From contig JBHGNT010000007.1 of NCBI GenBank assembly GCA_043228905.1, positions 18,166,001 to 18,230,000 of the forward strand: 64,000 bases of DNA, written 5' to 3'. How positions within the stretch are numbered: the stretch's first letter is position 1; each line of letters opens with the position of its first letter. Position numbers and translations under genes: made by a program. Shown here one piece after another: positions 46,809-59,134 of the stretch. The notes beneath the pieces were generated by a model. The model had not been told where the DNA came from. It ran no database searches and saw nothing but the letters and a program-made list of their open reading frames with translations. The DNA is from Azolla caroliniana (lineage: Eukaryota; Plantae; Polypodiophyta).

Positions 46809-49800
46809 TGTTGAGCAGCAAGCTCAACTAGATCTAGATCGGCTGAATAAGCCAGAGTGTCAGACGCTCGTGTGAGCATTGAAGTACATCGTACTTCTGT
46901 CAATCCATCTGGAAGATACTAAGTAGTGTTGTTGCATTATGGAAGGCGCAATGCTCTCTCGTTTTTCATCAAGTAAGGGGCTCACCAACTGAATTGGTTA
47001 AAAGTATTTGGTTGGACATGGTTCATACTTTGAAGGGTTAATGGGATTGTATTGTTGGAGACTCTAATGATAATGCTACTGAACACCAATCAATTTCTTA
47101 CTTCGCGAACATGGTTAAAAGTATTTGGTTGGACATGGTTCATACTTTGAAGGGTCATTGTTGGAGATTCTCACAATAAAGTGTTGAGCAGCAAGCTCAA
47201 CCGGATCAGGATCGGCTGAATAAGCCTGAGCCGGATCAGCATTCGGAAGGATGAGCCGATGAGCAAGTGAGCCGGTGAGCTGGGGAACCGGTTAGCTGGA
47301 TCAAGCCGTAACCGGAAGCCAAGTAGCAGCTAGTCTACTAGGGAGTTAATATCTCGTAGTTAGTGTCAGACGCTCGTGTGAGCATTGAAGTACACCGTAC
47401 TCCTGTCAGTCTGTATGGACTTGTATAAAAGTGTTCATTGAACACATACGATGTACAGATTGAGTATTATTTTGAATCGAGTTTCTGTGTGTTCTCTCTC
47501 TCTCTCTGTCTCTCCCACGCACTGTGTATATTCAAGCTCTCCATTAAACCTGCGTATTTTCTGTGTTCGGTTTTCTATTGCTTCCACACATAATCTTTTA
47601 CATGGTATCAAAGCGCAAGGGTTGAGAACCTCTACAGCCAACATAGCTTGAAAAGAAAACTAACCAAGAAGAACAGGAAAAACAGAATGAATACAGGCAT
47701 GGCTAGCTCGCTTCCTACCGAGAAGCTCGACAGAAACAACTACATGTCTTGGTCCTACAAGATGCACCAGTACTTGCTCGGGCACGGTTACTAGAGCTAT
47801 GTCGACAGAGCAAATGACACAACACCCGAATCGACACACAGAGATTTCCCAGCATGGGAGCAGTCGACGAGCAGAGTACTGTACTGCTTCGCGTCTTGTG
47901 TGGACGAATAGCTCCTGAGCTATATTCGGGATGTGAAAACGCCAAAGGATGCTTGGGGAAATCTAAAGAAGATCTTCACCGCAAGCACCAACCCCAAGAA
48001 GCTCCAACTCCGACAGGAGCTGAGCAATTTACGACAACGGGACTTGTTGGTGGCTGATTACACCTCGAAGATCAAAGAGATATGCAACTCCTTAGCCTCT
48101 ATGGATGTGAACATCGAGGAAGGCGAGATGGTGCAAATCTGTCTCGGGGGACTAGCGTCGAAGTTCGGAGCATTCCGAACTGTTGTGCGTACACGGAAGA
48201 ATACGTCATCGTTTTTCGACTTATAGTCGATGCTCCTTGTAGAGGAGAACCACGCCGGTGCGTCAAAAAGTGCACCCACCGACAACCGAATATTGTACCC
48301 GGAGGCGAATCGAACCCGTGGGCGTTGTGGACAAGGCGAGTCGGCTCGCAATGGTAGCGACCGGCAAGAGCAAGACTGAAGGCACAGAGAGCGTGACGAC
48401 ACCAGTTCTGGACCCTCCACAAGCAAGGGGAGTCAAGGCGGCGCCGAAGGCCGGCAAGCAAAGGCCGACACGGAATGCTGGTACTATGGTAAAAAGGGCC
48501 ATAGAGAAACCGAGTGCTGGAAGAAGCACGCCAATTCGGATGGATCCGGATCCGGCAAGGCCGGCAAAGAGAACTAGCAATACTCACACTACGTAGAAGG
48601 ATCGGGAGGATCCAAAACCGGAAAAGCCAGTAAAGGGTCAGCCTTGGTGATGAAACACAAGGCTAACTTGAAGAAGAAGACCACTTCCAAATCGGAGGAA
48701 GTGTGGTACATTGATTCCGGTGTGTCGAGTCACATGACGAGCCACAAAGAGTGGTTCTCCTTCTTAGAGAAACCGGAATAACAAGGGGTCGTCGAAACTG
48801 GAGACGACACTCCTCACCCAATCGTGCATATCGGAGAAGTCCCTTTGAGCCACGTCGGACAGAGGGGGAAGCTTATGAACGTATTACACGTTCCGACTAT
48901 CACAAAGAACATGGTGTCAGTCGGTCAAATCGTTGACCAGGGGATGCAGGTGCAGTTTACGCACCTTGGGTGCTTCATCAAGGAAGAGGGCTACATTATC
49001 GCGCAAGGGCGCAAAGATGGGAGGATGTTCATCCTCGACACCAATGACATCAGCACCGCTTTGTTCGCCAAAGGACAGAAGATTGAATCGAATATTGATC
49101 TCTCACCCAAGCGGATCGGCCACGTCAATTACCGAAGGCTTCAAGACCTGCAAACGAAACAAGTTGTTTTCAGTTTGCCGAAGTTCAGTAACCGGAAGGC
49201 CCAAATACCGGAAGCTTGCCCACTCGAGAAGCAACACCGGTTTCCATTCCCCACTGAATAAAACCGTAGTTGTAACAAGCTCGACCTGATTCATTCGGAT
49301 GTATGGGGACCGACATAGAACGTTAGTCTTGGCGGGAGTCGGTATTTCGTCTCCTTCATCGACGACTACAACCGGCACACATGGATCTACCTCATTGAGT
49401 AGAAGAGCGAAGTCTTCAAGTGTTTCCGGAACCTGCAAAACCTGGTTGAACGGGAAACGGAGAGGAAGATCAAGTGCCTGCGGTCGAATGGCGGAAAAGA
49501 ATACTTTTCCGGCCAATTCAACAATTATTTGCAACAAAAAGGAATTCGGAGAGAGTTCAGTTGCAAGTACACACCGGAGCAAAACGGTGTGGCCGAAAGG
49601 AAGAACTGATCGATTGTCGACGCGGCAAGGGCAATGCTGGAGGAGAAAAGCATGCCCCATTTCTACTGGGCGGAGGCGATCCAGACGACCGTCTACATCT
49701 AAAACCGGATCGGTGACAAGGTGTCCGCGCATGAGCTGTATTTCGGGCGCAAGCCGAATCTGAGACACCTTCGGATATTCGGTAGCATTGCATATGTGCA

Positions 49801-50910
49801 TGTGCCGGATGAGAAGCAGAGGAAGTTGGATGCAAAGTCGGAGAAATGCATCCTGGTCGGTTACTCGCATGAGCAAAAGAGGTATAAGTGTTATAGCCCC
49901 AGGACGAAGCAGGTCCGAGTTAGCTGGGATGTTGAGTTTGATGAGACGGCATTATGGTATGCCTTACCGGCCCCGACTTCCAACCCCTACCCAATACCGG
50001 AGCATGAGGCTAGTGAGCCTGAACTGGTCCAGATAGAAGATGGAGACCTCAGCACTCTAGAAGAGAGTCCGATCTCATTTCGGTTAAGTGGACCGAATGA
50101 GCAGCTGAGTCGGGATGACTAGTCAGATGAGGAACCGGCGAGTAATGGAGACTCTATTGTGCTCTCCACGTGCAAGGAACCCAGGAGATGGTTAACGTGC
50201 AAAGAGAAGGGGAAGAAGAAGATGCCGGAATACGAAACTGGCAACGTTGAGTCAGATCGAAGGGAGTCCGGCTCCGGAAAGGATGAAGGCGGATCTTCGG
50301 CAACAAAGACCGCACCGGCCAAGAAGGGCCTCAAACTCGATAACGATAAGTTACGCTAGTCTTCCCGTCAAAAGAACCCCATAAAGCGGTATGGGTACAA
50401 TGAATACATGGCGCATCACTATGCGTACATGACCAAGGTGGCGGAAGTGGGTGAGCCGGAGAGCTATGGAGGAGGAAATGCAGGCACTTGATGCCAACGA
50501 TACATGGGACCTAGTTGACCCTCCCCGACAATGTAAACCAATTGAATGTAAGTGGGTGTACAAGGTTAAGTACAATGTCGATGGTTCGGTTAACCGATAC
50601 AAGGCCCGATTAGTGGCGAAGGGATACGCGCAAACCCACGGAATCGACTACGACGAGACCTTTGCTCCAGTAGCAAATATGACAGCAGTTCATGTGGTGT
50701 TGGCGGTTGCTGCAGCAAGGGAGTGGCATCTTCACCAAATGGACGTGACGAATGCATTTCTTCAAGGAGATCTTGAAGAAGAGTTCTTTATGACCCAACC
50801 TCCCGGTTTCCAGACAGAGATGAACAAGTCGGCGGTATGCCAGCTGAAGCAAGCCCCTCGAGCTTGGAATGCGAAGATCACGCACCGATTGCGTAAGATG
50901 GGGTTTGCGG

Positions 50911-52092
50911 TGTCGTGTGAATCTTCACACACTATGTAAAAAATAATGAAATAAGTATTTTAGATTAGATTACTAGCTTGTTATAGAAAGGTGGATGTTT
51001 GAGAAGAAAGGGAAATTAGAACTATGATTTATCCCACATAGATAGGAAGTTTGACAAGAAAGGGAAAATTAGGACTATGATTTATCTCACATAGATAGGA
51101 AACTTAAGGCTCTAGCTATATGAGCACCTTGGGATCCTTCATTTTTAATTTGAGTTAAGAGCACTTTGGCCACTTTGTTTAGAAGGATGAATGTGGCTAA
51201 GTTCCCAAAACCGGTTGGCAATAAAATGGAATCGGCCGGTAATGGGAACCAAACTGGAACCGGCCGACAAGCTAATTGGAACCAGTCGGCAAGCTAACCG
51301 GAACCGGCAAGCTAACTAGAATCAGTTGGCAAGCGAATCTAGAATCGGCCGGTAAGCAAAACCGGAAACCGGTCGTGAAGCAATCAGGAATCGGCCGGTA
51401 AGCAATCCGGAAACCAGCGGCGGAGCCAGCGAGGCGGCGACAATCGGCAACCGAACGAAACCGGCGACCGGACGAGGCTGGACGCAAACCGAACGGATAA
51501 AAGGATCATGTGGCTAATTAAAGTAAAGTGAAGAAAACTAAAGTAAAGGCCGTGTGGACTCAAGCAACTAAAGTTGGAGTGCATGCATAAAGTAAAGGTG
51601 ATGTGGAAGGTAGCAACAAAAAGTGGACATGCATATGATCAACGGGGAACTCCATATATATTCCATCTTTTTTCTAGACTCATTCTCTCTCCATTATTTT
51701 CTTTTCCTTCTCAGCTCCCTTATCTTAGGGAAGCCATAACTCTCATATAACCTAATCCAAATCTTCCCTACGGAAGCCATAACACTCAAAAACCCTAATC
51801 TTCCCTACGGAAGCCATTATACTCATATAACCTAATACTAATTTTCCCTACGGAAGCCATATCTCTCAAAACCCCTAAATTTTCTTTTCTATTAATCTCA
51901 GTAAACCTAAAACTTCTAAATCCCAATCTTGGGACATATTGTAATTTCTTTTTTACTTTGTCAATGAAAATTATTAAATTTCTTCTTTCCGTTAATTGTT
52001 AAAAATATAAATGCACGAATGTGATTATCCTCTGGTCGGAGGCCTCGGGGTCCTACCTCAAGTTTGCATGTCCTTGTCATATTTTCGCGACA
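50911..52092. mobile_element. Solo LTR (1182 bp) inserted in Copia C RT
   Basis: TGTCGTG...CGCGACA termini; Copia B is contiguous across the site (tttgcggcctcc); flanks GCGG/ACGG; internal minisatellites. Confidence 0.8.
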
Positions 52093-53466
52093 ACGGCCTC
52101 CAAGTCTAACTCTTCGTTGTTCATCCGGCAAGGTCCGGACGGTCCGATTTGCATCTTATTGTATGTTGATGATCTAGTCATCACCAGACCCAGACTCGAC
52201 GAAATCAGCCGAGTCAAGTCCCAACTGTCAGACGCATTTGAGATGAAGGATCTGGGGGACCTTCACTATTTCCTTGGGATCGAGGTGATCCGAACCCCCG
52301 ACGGCATATTGCTCTCACAGAGACACCATGTGTTGAATATGCTATACAAATTCGGCATGATGGAATGCCGACCTATTTCTACACCCCTGGACCGAAACCA
52401 GAAGCTCCGTCCCGACTCCGAACCGGCCTGCGATGAGAAACGGTTCCGACAAATCGTCGGAAGCCTTATATATTTGACAATCACCCGACCTGACATCAGT
52501 TATCCAATCGGCATGATCCGCCAATATATGCAACAGCCAACTATGGAGCACCTTCTATGCACGCATCGAATTTTGCGATATGTGAGAGGCACGAAGGAAC
52601 GGGGATTGTTATACCGGCATGGTATAACATAAGAGTTAGTCGGCTACACCGATGCTGATTGGCCCGACGATGCATCGGATTGCCGATCCACCTCCAGCTA
52701 TATGTTTTCCCTTGGTAGCGCGGCTGTTGCGTGGAGTAGCAAAAAGCAGCCAACAGTGGCTCTTTCGAGCACTGAGGCTGAATACCAGGGCGCTACAGTT
52801 GCCACCTGTGAAGCCATTTGGCTTCGACGACTGCTGCAAGATTTGCGGATCGAGGTGCCGACCCCGATCCTGATCTACTGCAACAACATAAGCAGCATGC
52901 AACTCGCCAAGAACCTCGTATTCCATGCTCGCACAAAGCACATAGAAGTGCACTACCACTTCGTGTGTGAGTGTGTCCTGAGCAATGAAGTCAAACTTTG
53001 GTATGTTCATACGAATTAGCAAGTTGCCGACATCTTCACCAAGTTGCTCGGATTGGACAAGTTGCAGCACTTCACCGAAATGCTTGGTGTTCAGCATCTC
53101 GACGTGCCACACTTGAGGGGGAGAACGGGCACCAGAACGGGCAAAGGCAAAGAGACTGTCAATTGCGCCGGTGAGGGAAGAACCGACAAAGGGAGAGACA
53201 AGAAGAAGAAAGGATCCGAGTTAACAAAGGAAGTTGACACATCCGAACAAGTCGGAACAAGTGGTAGCGGCGGCAGAGTCAAGAAGGACAGAGCCGACCA
53301 GAAGAAGAAGGCCAAGACCCGAACATGGTCTGATGTGGTGAAGGGCCTGGAACCGGAAGACGAATCGGGAGCGACCGATTCGGTTAAACAGACAGATTCA
53401 GAAGAACCGGATCAATTCAAGGCCAAGAGGACGAGAAGGCGGCGAAAGTCGACGCCAACACGAAGG

Positions 53467-54098
53467 TGTGAAAGTGATTTTAGAATTCAAGGTATTGGAC
53501 ACTACAAAAATATAAGGTATGGAGCATTCACATCCGGAGGGCAAGATCATGAACCAAGGTCTCAAGGATAAGTCAAACTAAAAGCAAGAAAGATGGAGAA
53601 AACTAAAAGAAGAAAAAAACAAGCCACCAAAACGCAGTCTGCAACGAACGCTCATAACTCATTCATTTGGAAGCTAAATTTAACGTGCAAATATGGGTTA
53701 GAAAGCTTGTGAAGAGAGTTATCCATAGATTTTTAAATCTCTAAATTTGGAGGTCAGAAGAGGGAGGTATGACGATTTGAAGATCGTTGTGTCATAGATA
53801 AGAATAGGACTCAATGAAAACTCTAAAAAAAGCATAAAAAAGAAAGCAAGGGAAGCTTATCTCGGGGAAGAGAACTTTATATAAAGGAAGAAGACTAAGG
53901 TGGTAGGGAAGTCTCTTTCTTGTGATGTTTATTCACGTAGCATTGGTTGAGTTGTTATCAATTTATCCTTGTAGACTTGGATTTATGTATCTTCTTTCTC
54001 TCTTCCTTCCATCATAATTATTCATTAGCAATAGATCTTTGTGGTTTTGGGTATGTTTATCTTCCTTATCTCTCCTTTCTATCATCTCTACCTCATCA
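53467..54098. mobile_element. Solo LTR (632 bp) inserted in Copia C 3' region
   Basis: TG...CA termini; flanks GAAGG/GAATG; absent from Copia B; TATATAAA near 53878. Confidence 0.78.
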
Positions 54099-54734
54099 GA
54101 ATGAATTGGTGAAAGTTGACGCCAACAGCAAGGGAGCTGATTTGGGCCTGTTGAGCAGACAAGCGGACCGAGGAGGTCAAGATGCGCAGAAACAGAAGGG
54201 TCGCGGCAAACGGGACCGGACCGGACGAGGAGCGCGAGCAAGGCGGAGTGACGCCAAAAGGAGGCGAGTGGAAGGATCGGTTGCCATGGAGACTGACACT
54301 ACGATCCGACCTCAAGTTGAGCTTGAGGGGGAGTGTTGAGCGGCAAGCTCAACCGGATCCGGATAGGCTGAATAAGCCAAAGCCGGATCAGCATCCGGAA
54401 GGATGAGCCGGTGAGCTGTGGAGCCGGTGAGCTGGATCAAGCAGTAACCGGAAGCCAAGTAGCAGCTAGTCTACTAGGGAGTTAATATCTCGTAGTTAGT
54501 GTTAGACACTCGTATGAGCATTGAAGTACACCGTACTTCTGTTAGTCCATATGGACTTGTATAAAAGTCTTCACTGAACACATATAATGTATTGATTGAG
54601 TATTATTTTGAATCGAGTTTCTGTGTGTTCTCTCTCTCTGTCTCTCCCGCATACTGTGTATATTCAAGCTCTCCATTAAACCTGCGTATTTTCTATGTTC
54701 GGTTTTCTATTGCTTTCGCACATAATCTTTTACA

Positions 54735-57369
54735 AACCCCAACATTCTTCATTAAATATTGGGACTTGTTCAAAGCATATCTATGTATAGCATTCCAAAA
54801 AAATCTTAGGGAGGGTAATATGCCTCCATATTTTACAGAAGGACTAATCTACCTTATCCCTAAATCAGAAGGTCCTTCATTAGATATCGAGAAATGGCGT
54901 CTGATTACATTATTGAATACGGTGCATAAAAGTTTAGCTAAAGCAATTAGTATACGACTTAGTATTATAATGCCTAAAGTTATACATCCATCACAAACAG
55001 GATTCATTCGAGAAAGGAGCATTTTGGATAATGTTTATACGTTTTGGGAATCTGCAGATTTGGCAGCCAAATCTAATCAAAACTTGGCCATTGTTATGCT
55101 TGATTTTGAGAAAGCTTACAACCGTGTTGATTGGGAATTTTTACAAGGTGTATTGGCTTGTTTTGGATTCTCAAAAGAATGGATAACAAGAATTTCTTCC
55201 TTATATAATTCGGCACAAAGCCGAGTCTTACTGACTAGGAACTATGGACCCTTGTTCTCAATTTCTCGATCAGTTCACCAAGGTTGTCCTTTGGCTCCTT
55301 TTTTGTTCTTGTTTTTTGTTGAGGCAATGATCTCCTTTTTGAATGCCGGAGAGATAGTTATACTGGGACTGTGAGTCCCACTTTCACATATAGAAATAAG
55401 GGATGCCGAGTTTGCAGATGACACTGCTCCATACTTAAAAGGCGATTTGGAAAATTTGCAGAAAACAAAATTGGCCATATCCAAATTTTGTAAGGCTTCA
55501 GGTGCACTGGTCAATTGGAGCAAGTCCTTTGCATTTTGGGTGGGGGATGTAAATCCTCCTCTATGGAATCCACACCCGCAATTTCAATGGATACCATCAG
55601 GTTGTCCAATTCGGTATCTAGGGTGTACGACAGGTATTGATCTCTCAATGGAACATCAAGTGGCGCCACTCCTATTATCACTACGGAAAAAGTTATTATT
55701 ATGGAGTTCAGCCAAGTTATCTTTTGTTGGTTGGATTGTAGTTGCTAATCAGGTTTTGTTGGCTTCAACATGGTATGTTTTGTCATGTTGGATATTCTCC
55801 AAGTCATGCATTTTGAAAATACGTAGACTGATTCGTAATTTCTTGTGGTCCGGTAAAACGGAAGGCAATGCTCGGTCGAAAGTGAAATGGGATGTTATTA
55901 CCTTACCTCGTTCTAAAGGAGGATTAGGTATAATTGATCCAGTAGATCAATCAAGAGCATTGCTAAGTAAATTGCTTGTTAGAGGATTCACACCGGGGCA
56001 AGAGGTATGGAAAGTATTATTGATTGACCGTTGTTCAGATTGCTCTCCTCACTTAGGTGCCCCCCTAGCCGAAGGATGTAAATTGGATATTTAGGGAAAC
56101 TTTCCGAGTACCTTTAGCCAATAGATGGGAAGATAAATTTATTAGGACATTATTTTCAGCATGGAAATATGTATTACCTGGTTTGCTTTGTAATAAACCT
56201 GATCCCAAACATTATTTTGAATATCTTAGACAAAAGATAGTTTTGAACCCGTTGTTTACAACATCAAATGGTTCAATATTGGGTTCTAGACAATGGCTAG
56301 CGTGGGGCAAAATGACAGAAGGTCCAGCAAAAACAGTTCAGACTTGGAAAGAGTTTTTATTGCATTCATTGAAAGAGCAAAAAGAAATCCTACGTAGTAT
56401 GCATGGTGGCCAAATAATGTTTCAACAAATTCAGGAAGCAATGAGTAGATTTCCCATACCACCCAATAATGTTAATCATAGATGGGTTGGGGTTTTTTCA
56501 AGATTGGAAGTACTCTTGGCTATGAAGGGGTATTTAGATGATAACACATACCAGTTTTTTGAGGTGGATGAAACAAACCAATTATCTCAGTCCCCGGAAA
56601 TGGTGATAGATTACCCCTACGTTATTGAGCACAAGATAAGGGTCATTGGATATGCTGACCCTATGCTGACCGTAAATGGTATATTGATCCGATGATAGAG
56701 GAAATAAGGCCACATTGGAAGTTGTGAGTGTTAGCTAAAAAACCAATATTCAGATTAGATTGGGACCCAATTGATTATCAATGGACAAATCCTTACACAG
56801 GTAACAAGTTCAATTTCTTCCAATATTTTGTACAGTTGGGATGTACTTTCATATACACGTGATGTGCAACCAGTTGCATCTCAATATTGGAATCAACAAG
56901 GTATTACTCCCCAGTTCCTTGCAAAATTCTGGGTTATTTTATGGGCAAGAAAACAATCACAAAAATATATTGCATGTACAATGGTTAGTTGTACATCAAG
57001 CCTTGCCAGTAGGCACATGGTTGCATAGAATGGGAGTATCTTCTGATTGTATTCGATGTCAATTTCAAATGGAAACTCAAAAACATTGTTTATGGGAATG
57101 TATTGAGTCTCAACAGATATGGCAACAACTCCTTAGAATTTTTGCAAATTATTTTCCCCCATTGGTTTTCACTTGGGCATGGTGGTTTGGACATCACTTG
57201 TTCGTGATGTGTTCCATTCATAGTTCTAGCCATACGTCCCATTCGTGTCATACTCAAACGCCAATATTCGTATCATACTCATACGTGAAAAGGCTCCAAG
57301 TATGATTGAAATCCATACGCGGTACATAGATATATTATATATACATATGGTGTATATGGTGTACACAGT

Positions 57370-57436
<67 letters not shown>

Positions 57437-58260
57437 TGTGTGGTCTAGAGAGAGAAGCCCTGTTTTGCATGTGTGAGGAGACAGTGATTGAGTGTATATC
57501 TAGACTCTAGAGAGAGAGAGAGAGGAGCTATGGGTTTTGTCTGTGTGAGGAAGTATGTAATATGTATATTAGATATCTAGATTTTGTAGAGAGAGAAAAT
57601 CTGTCAGTTCTCGTGTGAGAGAGAGAGAGAGTGTGTGTATGTGTGTCAGATGTCACTTCTATTCACAAAATATTATGAATATCAAAAATTAAAAAAACCA
57701 AAAAAAAGTAAAAAAAAAGTCAAAAAAAGAAGAAGAAGCCAAACGAATATCGCGTATCATACGCGTACGTTTGCAAACGTTCGCGTACGTCCAGTAAATT
57801 GGACGTACGCGAATATTAGGAACTATGGTTCCATTATGTCAATGACACTATGGACCATGGTTTTTTCATTAAATATGGAAGTGTTCATACATTACCATTG
57901 CTGTCATTACAGTTTTCAGGAGTAAGGAAGGAAGTCCAACCAGTATGGGAGATACTGAGTAGTACTGTAGTATATCACATTTGGAAGGCAAGGTGTTCTC
58001 TCGTTTTCCAGCAAATTAAAACACCACCAGCTGAAGTGGTTTCAAGCATTTGGTTAGACATAGTTCATACTTTGAAAGGTCAATGGGATGGTATAGTTGG
58101 AGATTCTGATGCTAAAATTGCTCAACTGAGTATCTGGACAACTACTCCATTCTTGACATCCAATTACAGCACTCCTTATTGGCATTTTCAGCCGCCGAAA
58201 TGGTTGTTTCCCCCCGCCAATCACATAGAGGTTCAAAATATTGTAAATTGTTTATACTAA
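54735..58260 (+). pseudogene. LINE-X ORF2 RT and C-terminal zinc-finger region
   Basis: LIPK..WRLITLLN, QGCPLAP, FADD, RYLG, GGLG, and C.RC...ET..HC..EC motifs with stops and frameshifts. Confidence 0.92.
57219..57827. mobile_element. hAT-type MITE (609 bp)
   Basis: TIR CATAGTTC/GAACTATG; perfect 8-bp TSD GTTCCATT; absent from LINE-Z. Confidence 0.9.
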
Positions 58261-58290
58261 TGATAGGATATCTTTACTTAAAAAAATAAA

Positions 58291-58856
58291 TACATACAAA
58301 CATACATCCATAAAATCCAACTATCCATCCATCTATACATGATATATGCATGCACGCACACACATGCACACACATACATACATACATCAATAAATGCATC
58401 CATACATACATACATACATAAATGCACACACACATGCATGCATGCATGCACATACATACATGCATGCACGCACATACTTACATGCATGCACGCACATACA
58501 TACATACTTTACATACATACATAAATGCGTGCACACACACACACATACATGCATGCACGCACATACATACATAAATGCTACATGCATACATACATACTTA
58601 CATACTTACATACATACATACATAAATGCATGCATACATGTGTACATGATACATACATACATACAGACAGACATACATAAATGCATACGTACATGATACA
58701 TACATATACATACATACATACATAAATGCATACATACATACATACATACATACATACATACATACATGCATACATATATATACATACATGCATACATATA
58801 TATACATACATGCATACATATATATACATACATGCATACATACATATGTACATACG
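58291..58856. repeat. Compound (CATA)n/(CA)n/(CATG)n microsatellite
   Basis: Directly visible. Confidence 0.95.
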
Positions 58857-58981
58857 TTCCAAGAGACATGGGGGGGGGGGGGGGTAGAAGAAAGAGAGGG
58901 GGCTGCGCGATGTCAGACTCTCTTTAACTACATTTCTATTCAAATAATCTCTCTCCCTTCCCTGTGTTTCTTTCTCCTTCA

Positions 58982-58996
58982 AAACCCTAACCCTAA
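58982..58996 (+). promoter_or_regulatory. Telo-box-like AAACCCTAACCCTAA in the probable 5' region of the PHD gene
   Basis: Motif in a CT-rich context upstream of a candidate first exon. Confidence 0.4.
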
Positions 58997-59125
58997 ATAT
59001 TGTGTGTTTTCCCCATCTCTCTGTAAATAGGATGAAAGCAAGTGGGTTCTCTTCATCTTTGTCACCTTCAAGCTTTCGATCCTCACCATCATCATCATCT
59101 CCATTACAATAGTAGTAACAGCAAT

Positions 59126-59134
59126 ATGAAGAAG
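59126..59134 (+). CDS. Candidate first coding micro-exon (MKK) of the PHD gene
   Basis: ATGAAGAAG|GTATGT phase-0 donor, compatible with the phase-0 acceptor before 62130; unconfirmed. Confidence 0.3.

Larger units (their letters stand above)
46809..54734 (+). mobile_element. Copia C: decayed Ty1/Copia, same family as Copia B
   Basis: TSD AACCC at 46804-46808 and 54735-54739; partial LTR from 46809; full 5' LTR 47182-47602; PBS 47603-47614; 3' LTR 54334-54734; PPT 54325-54333; gag-pol fragments. Confidence 0.95.
43224..58290 (+). mobile_element. LINE-X: full-length decayed L1/Tx1-like LINE, interrupted by Copia C and a hAT MITE
   Basis: ORF1 relic with zinc knuckle; APE (SWNVQGL, IQE, NIYAPN, GDFN, RLDRFY, SDH); RT (QTGF, LDFEKAY, QGCPLAP, FADD, YLG); candidate TSD aaatacatacaaacatac at 43206-43223 and 58288-58305. 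Confidence 0.92.
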
